From: a bacterium
Lineage (GTDB): Bacteria > UBA8248
NCBI GenBank assembly: GCA_965203325.1
Contig: OZ241875.1
Coordinates: 3,904,001 to 3,968,000, forward strand
DNA length: 64,000 bases
Reading direction: 5' to 3'
The position numbers were made by a program, and so were the translations under genes. Each line of letters begins with the position of its first letter. Position 1 is the first letter of the stretch. Positions 39,621-50,015 of this stretch are shown piece after piece. Under the pieces are notes generated by a model, which ran no database searches, had not been told where the DNA came from, and saw nothing but the letters and a program-made list of their open reading frames with translations.

Positions 39621-39654
39621 AAAGCCCCGGAGAGTTATCTCCGGGGCTTTTTTT
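39621..39654. terminator. Intrinsic terminator between convergent genes
   Basis: AAAGCCCCGGAGA-GTTA-TCTCCGGGGCTTT followed by T-run. Confidence 0.85.
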
Positions 39655-39658
39655 CGGT

Positions 39659-40486
39659 TCATTTCTTTCTCGCCCGTTGAATCATGCGGGCTAGCTGAGC
39701 CGAGGTGAGCGCGCCCGGGAACATTTGTTCGCCGATGACAAAGGCGGGTGTGCCACGTATGCCCAGAGAACGCGCCAGGGCGCGTGTCTTTACGATATAG
39801 GCATGGATGTCAGGCGCTTGCATGTCTTTTTTCAGGCGGGCCGTGTCGATGCCCACCGACGTGGCGATTTTCATAATGCTCGTTTCATCATAAGAGATTT
39901 TGGCCTTCATGAGAGCCTTGTGAAAAGCGAGGTATTTACCCTGTGCGCGCGAGGCGAGCGCCGCCCGGGCCGCCAATACCGAATTTGGACCCAGGACAGG
40001 GAATTCCTTGTAGACGATGCGGATTTTTTTGTCTTTTGCGAGCGCTTTCTCTACGACGGGGGCCACCCGCTTGCAAAACCCGCAGCGGTAATCGAAAAAC
40101 TCCACAATCGTCACGTCCCCGTTTAGGTTTCCGCCCACGGGGTCTTCGGGGTTTTCGTAGATTTGTTTCCTATTTTTCTGGATGGAAGCCTGAGCTGCCT
40201 GCGCGCGTTGCGCCTGTCTCTTTGCTTGTAAGGCTTGGATGGCCTCCTCGAGCACTTCGGGGTTGTTGATGAGATATTCTCTGATGATTTTCTCGATGCG
40301 CTTTTTGTCCAGGTTTTGCGCCACGAGGGCGGGGGAGGGCGCTGCTTTCGGCTTGACTTCTTTCGAGGCGAGTATGATTGCGGCGGGTGTATCTTTTTGA
40401 CTATTAGCGGATGGAAGCAGGAAAACGCCGGAGAAGAGTATGGCGCCGGCAAGCAGCACGGCCAGAAAACCTGTTTTTTTCGACAT
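39659..40486 (-). CDS. DsbA/Com1-like thiol:disulfide oxidoreductase
   Basis: Signal peptide; EFFDYRCGFCK, KEFPVLG, GTP. Confidence 0.92.
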   Translation of the reverse strand: MSKKTGFLAVLLAGAILFSGVFLLPSANSQKDTPAAIILASKEVKPKAAPSPALVAQNLDKKRIEKIIREYLINNPEVLEEAIQALQAKRQAQRAQAAQASIQKNRKQIYENPEDPVGGNLNGDVTIVEFFDYRCGFCKRVAPVVEKALAKDKKIRIVYKEFPVLGPNSVLAARAALASRAQGKYLAFHKALMKAKISYDETSIMKIATSVGIDTARLKKDMQAPDIHAYIVKTRALARSLGIRGTPAFVIGEQMFPGALTSAQLARMIQRARKK

Positions 40487-40631
40487 TCGAATCCCCTTTC
40501 ATTGGGGTATGAAGCGGCTGATATACAAACGGGACTCGCGCGCGCCAACCACGCTTGCGCATGTTATGATGCCGCACCATTTTAGGCAAACGAATTTATT
40601 CTGCTCTGCATACGCTCTTGGAGGGATAGGA

Positions 40632-41141
40632 ATGGGTTGTAATGTCGCAAGGCTTGGTCACATGGGTATCCATGTGAGTGACGTGGAGCGCTCCATCAAG
40701 TTCTATCGTGACGTGGTAGGGCTCAAGCTGACGGGCAAGTGGGGTCCGCCCGATTTTTTCTGCCCGATTTGTTTTATGCGCTGCGCGGAGAAACACCACA
40801 CCCTGGTCCTTTTCGAGTTGCCCGAAGACGCTGTGAAAGCGGGCCTGACGACGACCGACTCGGAACATCGAACGGACGTGGGGCTCCACCATATCGCTTT
40901 TGAAGTGGATGACCGTGAAAATTGGCTTCTCGCCCAGGAACACGTGAAATCCTGCGGCGTCGAGTTCGTCTCGGGTCCCTATGTCCATGCGCATGAAGGG
41001 CTGGATGAGAACGGGTTCATCGGCGGAAGCGGAAGCCATGCTTTCTACTTTCTGGACCCTGATGGCAATCGGATAGAAATCTATTGCTGGATGATGCGTG
41101 TCACCAAGGCGAGCGTTTCCGCTCCCAACCCCGATCTGTAA
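40632..41141 (+). CDS. VOC (glyoxalase/extradiol dioxygenase-like) protein
   Basis: LGHMGIHV, HH, GLHHIAF, YFLDPDGNRIE. Confidence 0.85.
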   Translation: MGCNVARLGHMGIHVSDVERSIKFYRDVVGLKLTGKWGPPDFFCPICFMRCAEKHHTLVLFELPEDAVKAGLTTTDSEHRTDVGLHHIAFEVDDRENWLLAQEHVKSCGVEFVSGPYVHAHEGLDENGFIGGSGSHAFYFLDPDGNRIEIYCWMMRVTKASVSAPNPDL

Positions 41142-41159
41142 TGAAAGGTTTTTCCGCAC

Positions 41160-42212
41160 ATGAGTCAAAGTGAAGAGCGCATCGTCAACGCGGACGCTCT
41201 GCGCGATTTGATGGAGCGTATCCTGGCGGCCGCGGGTTGTTCGCACGAGCAATCGATGACGACGGCCGACCTATTGATAGAAGCCGATCTCAGGGGGTAT
41301 TCCACCCACGGCCTGATTCGCCTGCCCAATATGATCAGGAGAATCCAGAGCGGGATGATCAACGCCCGGGCCAGACCCCACGTCGTGCACGAGCGGGAAG
41401 CGACAGCGCTGGTAGAGGGCGACCGCGCCATGGGACCCGTGGGCGCGACTTATGGCGCGAGCCTCGCGGCCAGGAAAGCGGAAAAGGCGGGTTCCTGCGC
41501 CGTGGGGGTCGTGAACAGCGATCACATCTGCATGACGGGCTATTATGCCGAGCGCATCGCCCGTGCCGGCTGCGTGGGAATCGTCCTCGGCGTCACGCAG
41601 CCGCTCGTGCATCCATACGGGGGAGTGGAGCGCCTGATGGGCACGAATCCCTTTTCAATCGCCGTTCCAAAGAGCGGGGACGAACCCGTACTCCTCGATT
41701 TCGCGACGAGCGCGATTCCTTATGGGATGATCTTGAAGGCGAGCGTCACGGGAGAGCCGATTCCAGAAGGCGTGGCGGTAGGGCCGGATGGCGAACCGAC
41801 GACTGACGCCAAAACAGCCGCCGCGGGCGCAGTTGCGCCTTTTGGGCAGCACAAGGGTTACGGTCTTTGTCTGTTGATCGGCCTTTTGGCGGGGCCATTG
41901 CTAGGAGCCAAGGTCGGCAAGCCGCTCAGCCAGTCGGTGCAAGAGGGGCATTACGACAAGGGGGATTTGTTCATCGCCATCGACCCCTCCGCTTTCGGCG
42001 ATACGAAAATGTTCAGGGAGATGGTCGATTTCCACGTCGCCGAGGTAAAGAACACGCGCAAGGCGCCTGGCGTGGAGGAGATTCGCGTTCCGGGGGAACG
42101 CAGCTTCAGGGAGAAAGAAAGAAGGCTGCGGGAAGGAATCCCGGTGGGCGATGGTGTTTGGAAACAGGTGACGGAAATTGCCGGCGAACTCAAAGTAGCG
42201 ATGCCCGTCTGA
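41160..42212 (+). CDS. Ldh_2 family oxidoreductase (malate/sulfolactate/ureidoglycolate dehydrogenase-like)
   Basis: ADLRG.STHG, GTNP, LDFATS, HKGYGL, RVPGE. Confidence 0.9.
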   Translation: MSQSEERIVNADALRDLMERILAAAGCSHEQSMTTADLLIEADLRGYSTHGLIRLPNMIRRIQSGMINARARPHVVHEREATALVEGDRAMGPVGATYGASLAARKAEKAGSCAVGVVNSDHICMTGYYAERIARAGCVGIVLGVTQPLVHPYGGVERLMGTNPFSIAVPKSGDEPVLLDFATSAIPYGMILKASVTGEPIPEGVAVGPDGEPTTDAKTAAAGAVAPFGQHKGYGLCLLIGLLAGPLLGAKVGKPLSQSVQEGHYDKGDLFIAIDPSAFGDTKMFREMVDFHVAEVKNTRKAPGVEEIRVPGERSFREKERRLREGIPVGDGVWKQVTEIAGELKVAMPV

Positions 42213-42270
42213 TTCTTGTATGCGGGAATTTTCTGTCTCACTTAACCATGCGTAAGGGCGCAATTTCATA

Positions 42271-43092
42271 ATGGCTGAGTTCTTTGCTCACACAACATCT
42301 TGGGTAGAGAAGGAGAACCACAGGTTCATCGAAATCTCGAGAGGTTTGAGCGAGCAAGAGTGGCGCGCGTCCACCTTTTGCCCCGGCTGGTGCGTGGCCG
42401 ACGTGGTGGCGCATATGACGCTGGGAGCGCGTTTTTATGCGCACGTCATCCCTGCCGGCGCCGCAGGGCGCCTGGAGATGCCTTTCGGCGCTTCGGATCT
42501 GGAATCGTTCTGGTCGTATCGAAAAATAGCGGGAGATGAGCTCGTCGCGCTTCCTGACGATGAGCGAATAGACACCTTTGCAGAAGCCGTATGGCGGTTG
42601 CAGGAAATCCTTGAAGAAGTGCGCTCCGAAGATATGGATAAAAAGGCTTGGCACTGGCTTGCACCGTGCCCGATACGCACGTTTCCCGGACAGAGGCTCT
42701 ATGAACTGATCCTCCACGATTGGGACATTCGCAATCAGCCCGGTGGCGATTTACATTCCTCATCGCTTCCCACTGCCGTGGATTGCCTGCCCGAGCGTTT
42801 CATCATCTTCTTCGGTGCGCGGGGGGATAAGGATTTCAGCGGAACCATCTGCTTCGAGACGAAAGAGCCTGACCGGAAATGGGTGTTGCGAATCGAAAAG
42901 GGGCGTCCTGAAATCTTGTTTTCCGACGAGGGGGATTGCGACGCGCGCGTCATATGCGGCGGGAGCGACCTAGTTTTACTCACCACGGGCCGGGCTATGC
43001 TGGAGGAGAAGGAAGGAGGTGATCGCCTGCGCATCGAAGGCGACAGGGCGATGGCTGTCAAGGTGCTCGAGGTACTGAGCCGTCCCTTTTAA
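42271..43092 (+). CDS. Maleylpyruvate isomerase (MDMPI/DinB) family protein with SCP2-like C-terminus
   Basis: W...T.CPGW.V.DVVAH, E...H.WDIR. Confidence 0.82.
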   Translation: MAEFFAHTTSWVEKENHRFIEISRGLSEQEWRASTFCPGWCVADVVAHMTLGARFYAHVIPAGAAGRLEMPFGASDLESFWSYRKIAGDELVALPDDERIDTFAEAVWRLQEILEEVRSEDMDKKAWHWLAPCPIRTFPGQRLYELILHDWDIRNQPGGDLHSSSLPTAVDCLPERFIIFFGARGDKDFSGTICFETKEPDRKWVLRIEKGRPEILFSDEGDCDARVICGGSDLVLLTTGRAMLEEKEGGDRLRIEGDRAMAVKVLEVLSRPF

Positions 43093-43098
43093 CAACCG

Positions 43099-44382
43099 CT
43101 ATGCTTCAGAGGTTCCTCGTGGCGTTTCATAGACGAACAGGCACAAGAAGATGCAGAACACCAGGCCGATCGCTATCCCGACGAAGGGGATCACGTAGCT
43201 TCCCGTGTAGTCGAAAATAAAACCCGCCAAAGGTGGGCCGATGAACCCCCCCAGCCCAAAGAAAATTTCGAGCAGTCCGATGGTGGCGCCGAACGAGGGG
43301 CCCCTGAACGCATCCGCGGACATGGATGAGTAGCATACGCTCATTCCGCCGAGACCCATACCGTAGACGAATATGAAGACCCATCCCATCAGAAATTTCA
43401 ACGATATATGAGGGATGGAAAGCAAAATAACGATTCCGCAAATTGTCATTAAAGACGAAAGCGCCTGGGCGCGCTGCCGACCGATGATATCGCTCAGCCA
43501 GCCCATGGAAAACGTGGCGAGCATTCGGATCGCGCCCAGCATCCCGAAGAAAAAAGCCGCCAGAGCCGTGCTGTATTCGGCATCGACCAGAAAAAGCTGG
43601 AGCTGGCTCAATATCGAATTATTGTTCAACCCCATAAAGAAGACGACGATGAGTAGCGTCCAGAAGTTCTTTTTCCGGCAGACCTGCCGAAACACCTTGA
43701 GCAAGGAAGGGCTGGACGATTTTTCGCTTGCTCTGGACGGTGAATAGGCGGGAGGCTCGGGTTCCCCGTCAAGGTATTGCCCCACCTCCTCGGGGCTTCT
43801 TCGGAGCAGCAATGCAGTCAGGGGGACGACGATGCAAAGGATGGCCAGACCGAAAATCAAATAGGTCAGGCGCCAGCCTTGGGAGGAGATGAGCCATTCA
43901 ATAAGGGGGATGAACAGCAGGATTCCCGTCCCGCTGCCCGAGAGGGCCAACCCCGTGGCGAGGCCCCGTTTTTTCTGAAACCACTGCGGCATGAGGGCGC
44001 TGTGCAGCGCAAAGCCGCTCAGCGCCATCCCGAGACCCACGAACAAGCAGGGAACGAAGTAGACGTGCCAGAGTTCGCTGATGAAATAGCCCAGCGTGAA
44101 GCCGACGCCAACGAGAACCGACCCCCAGGGCATGACGGCGCGCGCGCCTTTTTTGTCGAACAGGTTCCCCGTGAAGGGGCTGACCAGCGCGTAGCTGCCC
44201 AGCATCAGGGCGTAGGCCCCGCCCAGGGCGCCGCGCCCCCAGCCGAACTCCTGGATCAGAGGAACCTGGAAGATGGAAAAAGAAAAACGCGCCGTTTGAT
44301 GAAACGCCATGGCGGTGAAGGACGTGCCGACGATTACCCACCCGTAATACATCCAGGGGCGGGTGGTTTTTCCTCCTCTCAT
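43099..44382 (-). CDS. MFS transporter (OFA/MCT-like)
   Basis: YYGWVIV, WF.KKRGLA.G, GWLSD.IGR, D.TGSY; about 12 hydrophobic segments. Confidence 0.9.
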   Translation of the reverse strand: MRGGKTTRPWMYYGWVIVGTSFTAMAFHQTARFSFSIFQVPLIQEFGWGRGALGGAYALMLGSYALVSPFTGNLFDKKGARAVMPWGSVLVGVGFTLGYFISELWHVYFVPCLFVGLGMALSGFALHSALMPQWFQKKRGLATGLALSGSGTGILLFIPLIEWLISSQGWRLTYLIFGLAILCIVVPLTALLLRRSPEEVGQYLDGEPEPPAYSPSRASEKSSSPSLLKVFRQVCRKKNFWTLLIVVFFMGLNNNSILSQLQLFLVDAEYSTALAAFFFGMLGAIRMLATFSMGWLSDIIGRQRAQALSSLMTICGIVILLSIPHISLKFLMGWVFIFVYGMGLGGMSVCYSSMSADAFRGPSFGATIGLLEIFFGLGGFIGPPLAGFIFDYTGSYVIPFVGIAIGLVFCIFLCLFVYETPRGTSEA

Positions 44383-44388
44383 GGCGGT

Positions 44389-45690
44389 CTATTTCTCGGT
44401 GCTGTAGACGAATTGACAGACGAGGAGCGCAACCGCCTGGAAAAGGACCACGATGCAGAAGGGTAGAACATAGCTTCCCGTGTAGTCGAACATGAAGCCC
44501 GCCATCGGGGGGCCGATAAATCCCCCGAGACCGAAACAGACTTCCAGTATCCCGACGATGACGCCGAACGAACGTCCGCCGTAGGCGTCTGCGCACATGG
44601 CCGCATAAGAGGTCGACATGCCGCCGACGCCGAAGCCGTAGGTGGCGGCGAATAAGAAGGCGAGGACGACGCCGTCGCCCGCGTGCGGCACGGAAAGCAG
44701 GATGAGGACGCCGAGTCCGGAGAGGAAAAGGGCGATGGCCTGGGCCCTTTTGTGCGACATGCGATCACCCGCCCAGCCCATGACCACGCTGCCCAGAATC
44801 CGGATGGCGCCCGTTAGCCCGAAAACAAAAGCGCCGAACGCGGTGCTGAAATTCGCGTCGACGAAGAATATTTGAAGCTGGCTCCAGATGGAGTTGTTGT
44901 TCAGGCCGATGACGAAAACGAGGATCATCAATGCCCAGAAATTCTTCTCCCGCATCACATGCCGGAATACTTCTCCCACTTTCTGGGAGCTGGAGGCGGG
45001 TGGTTTTGGAAACCCGGCGGCTTCTTCGTCCGATGCGCCGTCGATGTTCTGTCCGACGTCGGAGGGGTGATTTCTGAGCAGGAGCAGTTTGAGAGGCAGG
45101 ATGATGAGGAGTATCGATGCGCCGAAAATCAGGTAGGCGTAGCGCCAGCCGAAGAGGGCGATGAGTCTTTCGATGGTGGGCATCAGGATTAATGAGCCGA
45201 TGCCGATGCCCGAGAGGGCGATGCCCATCGCCAGTCCCCTGTTCCTGAAGAACCATCGCGGCATGAGCGCGCTGTGCGTTACGAAACCGCTCATCGCGAT
45301 CCCCACGCCGATCATGACGCCGATGAACACATACACGTGCCAGAGGGAGGAAATGAAAAAACCCAGCGCGAGTCCCACCCCGATCGACACCGAGCCCCAG
45401 GGGATCAAAGCTCTGGGACCTTTCCGCTCGAGGATAGAGCCCGCCTTTGGGCTGCAGATGGCGTAGAGGCTCATGCACAAGGCGAATGCGCCTCCCAGGG
45501 CGCCTCTGCTCCAGCCGAATTCTTCAATGAGTGGAACCTGAAACAGGGAAAAGGAAAAGGTTGCCGCCATGTGGAAGGCCATGGCGGTGAACGATACGCC
45601 GACGATCACCCATCCATAATATAAGCCGCCTGTTCGCCCGCGCCTGGCGGAGCGGCCCGAAGCCGGAGTGGAACCACCGGATTTGTTCAA
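44389..45690 (-). CDS. MFS transporter (OFA/MCT-like), paralogue of neighbour
   Basis: YYGWVIV, WF.RNRGLA.G, GPP.AG..FDYTGSY. Confidence 0.9.
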   Translation of the reverse strand: MNKSGGSTPASGRSARRGRTGGLYYGWVIVGVSFTAMAFHMAATFSFSLFQVPLIEEFGWSRGALGGAFALCMSLYAICSPKAGSILERKGPRALIPWGSVSIGVGLALGFFISSLWHVYVFIGVMIGVGIAMSGFVTHSALMPRWFFRNRGLAMGIALSGIGIGSLILMPTIERLIALFGWRYAYLIFGASILLIILPLKLLLLRNHPSDVGQNIDGASDEEAAGFPKPPASSSQKVGEVFRHVMREKNFWALMILVFVIGLNNNSIWSQLQIFFVDANFSTAFGAFVFGLTGAIRILGSVVMGWAGDRMSHKRAQAIALFLSGLGVLILLSVPHAGDGVVLAFLFAATYGFGVGGMSTSYAAMCADAYGGRSFGVIVGILEVCFGLGGFIGPPMAGFMFDYTGSYVLPFCIVVLFQAVALLVCQFVYSTEK

Positions 45691-45787
45691 GAAATCGCCT
45701 TTCTCTTCGTTTTTTTCTGAAGCATGGGTATAATGGCGCTACTCTAAAGGGTTTTCGTTCATTCAGAAAGCGCCGTGGGGATTCGAG

Positions 45788-47233
45788 ATGGATAGCGCCG
45801 AGTTCATTCAAAAATTGACGGATGCGGTGGGGGAGGAATTCATCCACACCGATCCGGTAGCGCTCAGGACGTATGATTGCGACGGCCTCACGATTTACAA
45901 GGGCATCCCCTCGGCCGTCGTTTTGCCGGAAAGCACCGAGGAAGTCAGCCAAATCGTGGAAATCTGCCGCGAGTATCGCGTACCCCTGATCGCCAGAGGA
46001 GCGGGCACGGGCCTCTCCGGTGGCGCGACGCCCCTGCCGGGCGGCGTGCTCATCGTTTTCACGCGGATGAACAAGATTCTGGAACTCGACTACGTGAACC
46101 GCCTCGCGCGCGTGCAGCCGGGGGTGGTGAACCTTCATCTGTCTCAGGAGACGCTGCCGCATGGCTTTCATTACGCGCCCGATCCTTCCAGCCAGGCGGC
46201 CTGCACCATCGGCGGCAACACGGCGGAAAATGCCGGCGGTGCGCATTGCCTGAAATACGGAATGACGACGAACCACATTATGGAGATGACCGTCGTCCTG
46301 CCGACGGGCGAGGTGGTGCATCTGGGCGCCGACGGGGAGGATGCGCCGGGTCTGGACCTGCGCGGTTTCTTCGTTGGTTCCGAGGGCACGTTCGCCGTCA
46401 TCACGGAACTCACCGTGCGGCTCACGCCGAACCCCGAGAGCGTACGCACCATGCTCGCTTGTTTCTCGCAGGTGGGAGACGCCTGCCGGACGGTGAGCGA
46501 CGTCATTGCCGCTGGAGCCGTGCCCGCCGCGATGGAATTGATGGATCGCTACACTATCGAGGCTGTTGAGACTGTGGTTCAGGCTGGTTATCCCAAGGAC
46601 GCCGAGGCCGTCTTGCTGATCGAACTCGACGGCCTGCCGTCTTCAATAAAGCCGCTCGAGACACTCATTCGCGATATAAGCGAGAAGAACAACAGCTCCT
46701 CGTTCCGGATCGCGCAGACGGAAGAGGAGCGCGAGGGCCTTTGGATGGGCCGGAAAAAGGCGTTCGGCGCCTTCGGGGTCATTGCGCCTACCTACTACTG
46801 TCTCGACGGTACTGTCCCACGGTCTAAGCTGGCGCAGGTGCTCGAGGAATTCGATGAGATATCCGCCCGCTATAATTTACGCATCACCAACGTGTTTCAT
46901 GCCGGAGACGGGAGCCTGCATCCCAACGTCTTGTTCGACGACCGGGTGCCCGGAGAAACGGAACGGGCAATTGAGTGCGGCTCGGAGGTGCTTCTCGCTT
47001 GCATCCGGGCCGGGGGCGTTCTTTCTGGCGAGCACGGCATCGGCATTGAGAAGATCAGAGAGATGAAGGATCAGTTCGACGAACCTACGCTCGAGATTAT
47101 GGAGCGCGTGCGCGACGCCATCGACGAAGATGGCTTGATGAACCCCGGCAAACTCATACCCGATGAGGAAAACGTGTTTCCGGTCGCTCTCAGCGGCACC
47201 ATCGCCCGGATGGGCGGGGGAATGACGAAGTAG
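45788..47233 (+). CDS. glcD: Glycolate oxidase FAD subunit GlcD
   Basis: RGAGTGLSGG, PDPSSQ.ACTIGGN, GSEGT, HAGDG.LHP, GEHGIG, NPGK. Confidence 0.88.
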   Translation: MDSAEFIQKLTDAVGEEFIHTDPVALRTYDCDGLTIYKGIPSAVVLPESTEEVSQIVEICREYRVPLIARGAGTGLSGGATPLPGGVLIVFTRMNKILELDYVNRLARVQPGVVNLHLSQETLPHGFHYAPDPSSQAACTIGGNTAENAGGAHCLKYGMTTNHIMEMTVVLPTGEVVHLGADGEDAPGLDLRGFFVGSEGTFAVITELTVRLTPNPESVRTMLACFSQVGDACRTVSDVIAAGAVPAAMELMDRYTIEAVETVVQAGYPKDAEAVLLIELDGLPSSIKPLETLIRDISEKNNSSSFRIAQTEEEREGLWMGRKKAFGAFGVIAPTYYCLDGTVPRSKLAQVLEEFDEISARYNLRITNVFHAGDGSLHPNVLFDDRVPGETERAIECGSEVLLACIRAGGVLSGEHGIGIEKIREMKDQFDEPTLEIMERVRDAIDEDGLMNPGKLIPDEENVFPVALSGTIARMGGGMTK

Positions 47234-47240
47234 GAAAGCC

Positions 47241-48620
47241 ATGGCCCTCAAACTCGATTCGTTCGCCCAAACCATAGAAGCAGACTTAGGCGATTCCGTT
47301 CTGTTGTCGGATGCGAGGGTGGAGTCGTACAGGCTGGGCGGGAAGACGCCCTCGGTCGTGGTGAGCCCCGTCGACCATGAAGCCATATGCCGCGTACTCT
47401 CGCGCGCGAATGAAGCGGGACTGGCCGTATTCCCCTGGGGGGGAGGCACAGGCAGGGCAACGGGATATGCGCCCCAGAGGTACGACGTGGCTCTCTCTCT
47501 GGAGCGCATGTCGAAGGCGATGGAGTTTTTGAAAGACGACCTTACAGCCGTCGTCGAGGCGGGAATGAGCGTCGAGGACCTCAATAAATTGACGGGGGCA
47601 GAGGGCCAGACGGCGGGTCTCGACCCCCCGCATCCGGGAACCTCCACGGTGGGGGGAGCCGTCATCGCGGATCGTTCGGGTCCCATGCGGGTGCGCTGGG
47701 GCAAGGCGCGCGACCGCGTGATGCGCATGAAGGTGGCGCTGGCCGATGGCGCGACCCACACCTACGGCGCGCTGGTGGTGAAAAACGTCACCGGCTATGA
47801 CATGAACCGCCTCTTGTCAGGAAGTTGGGGGACGCTGGCTGTCGTTACCGAGTTGGCGATTCGTCTCTACAAGGCTCCCGAGTACATTGGAGCGAGAGCG
47901 GCCTCTTTTTCATCCACAGACGCAGCGTTCAAAGCGGCCAGGGCGCTGATGGCCTCGCCCCTCATGCCCGTTTGGGCAGAAGTGCTGGACGATGTGCGCA
48001 TCGCCGCTCTGGCGCCAGAGGACGGGGCCGCCTTGCCCGGCCCGGTGTGTCTCGTGGCTTCTTTCGGGGATTTTGAGGAAGGGCTGAACGATCAATTGGC
48101 CCGCTTCGAGGAAATCCTCGCGAGAGAGGGCAGAGACGACATCTTTCACCTTGATGATGAGGCGACCTCGCGTCTCGGTCACGCCATAGCCGATCCGCCG
48201 GGAGGGGATTTCTCCGGCCCCGAAGTGCTCGCTCTCAGAGCCTCGGGCCGTCTCGATCAGCTGCCCCGCTTCGCTGAAGCAACGAGACGAGCCGCTGAAG
48301 CGGGGAAATATCGCTCCGCCATATCGGCGCACGCGGGAAGCGGTGTGCTGCGCTCTTGGCTAACGCCTGAGGATGAGGAATCCTCTCCGCTTGAGGCGTG
48401 GCGCATCTTCTCTTCACTTTGCAGGGAAGGCAGGAACGAAAGCGAGGCCCGCTCTGTACACCTGCGATTGGATTCGGGGCCGGACTCGCTGAAAGAACAG
48501 GTATACGTGTGGGGTGAGGACGCGCTCGAACCTGCGGCGCTGCAGGTGATGCGCAACATCAAGAGAACCTATGACCCCAATGGGATTTTGAGTCCCGGCC
48601 GTTTCGTGGGCCGGACCTAG
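47241..48620 (+). CDS. glcE: Glycolate oxidase FAD-binding subunit GlcE
   Basis: GGGT, VVKNVTGYDM..L..GS.GTL, DPNGILSPGR; lies between glcD and glcF. Confidence 0.82.
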   Translation: MALKLDSFAQTIEADLGDSVLLSDARVESYRLGGKTPSVVVSPVDHEAICRVLSRANEAGLAVFPWGGGTGRATGYAPQRYDVALSLERMSKAMEFLKDDLTAVVEAGMSVEDLNKLTGAEGQTAGLDPPHPGTSTVGGAVIADRSGPMRVRWGKARDRVMRMKVALADGATHTYGALVVKNVTGYDMNRLLSGSWGTLAVVTELAIRLYKAPEYIGARAASFSSTDAAFKAARALMASPLMPVWAEVLDDVRIAALAPEDGAALPGPVCLVASFGDFEEGLNDQLARFEEILAREGRDDIFHLDDEATSRLGHAIADPPGGDFSGPEVLALRASGRLDQLPRFAEATRRAAEAGKYRSAISAHAGSGVLRSWLTPEDEESSPLEAWRIFSSLCREGRNESEARSVHLRLDSGPDSLKEQVYVWGEDALEPAALQVMRNIKRTYDPNGILSPGRFVGRT

Positions 48621-48634
48621 GAGGAAAGCCCTAA

Positions 48635-49990
48635 GTGGCCACGGACCAAAAAGCAGGTTTCGCGCAGGTTTTCCCCGAATACGAGAATCCCTTCGTCGGC
48701 CCGGATGCTCCCGACAGGGAGATGATTCAGCGCTGCATCCATTGCGGGTTCTGCGGCACGAGTTGTCCTACTTTTACGCTGCTCGGCAACGAGATGGACT
48801 CCCCACGCGGGAGAATCTATCTCATGCGCATGGTGACGGACGGCGAGATGGCGCCGAACGAGACGGTGATGAAACATCTTGATCGCTGCCTGGACTGCCG
48901 CGCCTGCGAGACGGCGTGTCCATCGGGTGTGCCCTATGGTTCTTTGATCGAGGCGGCGCGCGAAGGACTCGAAAAGGTGCGAAAACGCCCCTTGTCGGTT
49001 CGGATTTTGAGAAGAATCCTCTTCCGCTGGCTTTTACCGAACAGGGCGTTGCTCAATCTGGCGGGTGTGGCCACCCGGCTGTATCAGACCACGTTCTTGA
49101 AAAATGTTGTGAGGGGCCTGGGTCTTTTGCCCAAAAAGCTGGCCGAGCTCGAGCCCATGATGCCCGAAGCCCCGCCCGTATCCTCGATGAGAGCCCTTCC
49201 TGCGGAAGTCGCGCCCATCGGGAAAGAAAAATACCGCGTCGCCTTTTTCGGCGGGTGTATTCAATCCACCTTGTTCGGAGACGTGAACAGGGCCGCCATA
49301 CGCGCCCTGGCGGCGAACGGAGTGCGCGTCGTGTTTCCCGCCTCGCAGACCTGCTGCGGCGCGCTGCAGGCCCATGCCGGAGACAGGGAGGCAGCGAGAA
49401 TCCTCGCGCGCGAGAACCTGGACGCCATCGACACAGGCGGGTTCGACGCCGTCGTCCTGGCCGTCTCCGGTTGCGGGGCGATGCTCCATGAATACAAGGA
49501 TTTACTCGCGGAGGATCCCGTATACGCGAGCCGGGCCGAGGTGTTCAGCGAGAAAGCGATGGACGTAACCGTGTTCCTCGCGAGAATCGGCGTTAGAGAG
49601 GCGCATCACCCTTCGCCCCGGAAAATCGCGTATCACCACCCCTGCCATCTTTTCCACGCGCTCAAGGTGCGCAAGGAGCCGCTCGAAGTTCTTTCCGCGA
49701 TCCGCAACGTCGAGTCGGTGCCTCTCAAGGAGAGCGATTGGTGCTGCGGCTCCGCCGGCAGCTACAACCTCACGCAGACGGAAATTTCCATGCAGCTTCT
49801 CGACAGGAAGATGGGGCACGTGAAAGACTCCGAAGCGCCTGTGGTCTGCACGGGCAACCCCGGTTGCCAGATTCAAATCGCGTTCGGCGCCCGCGAGCGG
49901 GACATGGACCTTCGGGTGGTGCATCCCGTCGTCCTGCTCGATGAGGCGTATGAGGCGGAAGGCGTATACCGGAACGCGACCCTTCCATAA
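48635..49990 (+). CDS. glcF: Glycolate oxidase iron-sulfur subunit GlcF
   Basis: CIHCGFC..SCPT, DSPRGRI, CLDCRACETACPSGV, two CCG domains. Confidence 0.9.
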   Translation: MATDQKAGFAQVFPEYENPFVGPDAPDREMIQRCIHCGFCGTSCPTFTLLGNEMDSPRGRIYLMRMVTDGEMAPNETVMKHLDRCLDCRACETACPSGVPYGSLIEAAREGLEKVRKRPLSVRILRRILFRWLLPNRALLNLAGVATRLYQTTFLKNVVRGLGLLPKKLAELEPMMPEAPPVSSMRALPAEVAPIGKEKYRVAFFGGCIQSTLFGDVNRAAIRALAANGVRVVFPASQTCCGALQAHAGDREAARILARENLDAIDTGGFDAVVLAVSGCGAMLHEYKDLLAEDPVYASRAEVFSEKAMDVTVFLARIGVREAHHPSPRKIAYHHPCHLFHALKVRKEPLEVLSAIRNVESVPLKESDWCCGSAGSYNLTQTEISMQLLDRKMGHVKDSEAPVVCTGNPGCQIQIAFGARERDMDLRVVHPVVLLDEAYEAEGVYRNATLP

Positions 49991-50015
49991 CCTGATACCG
50001 GCGAGGTGCTTGAAG

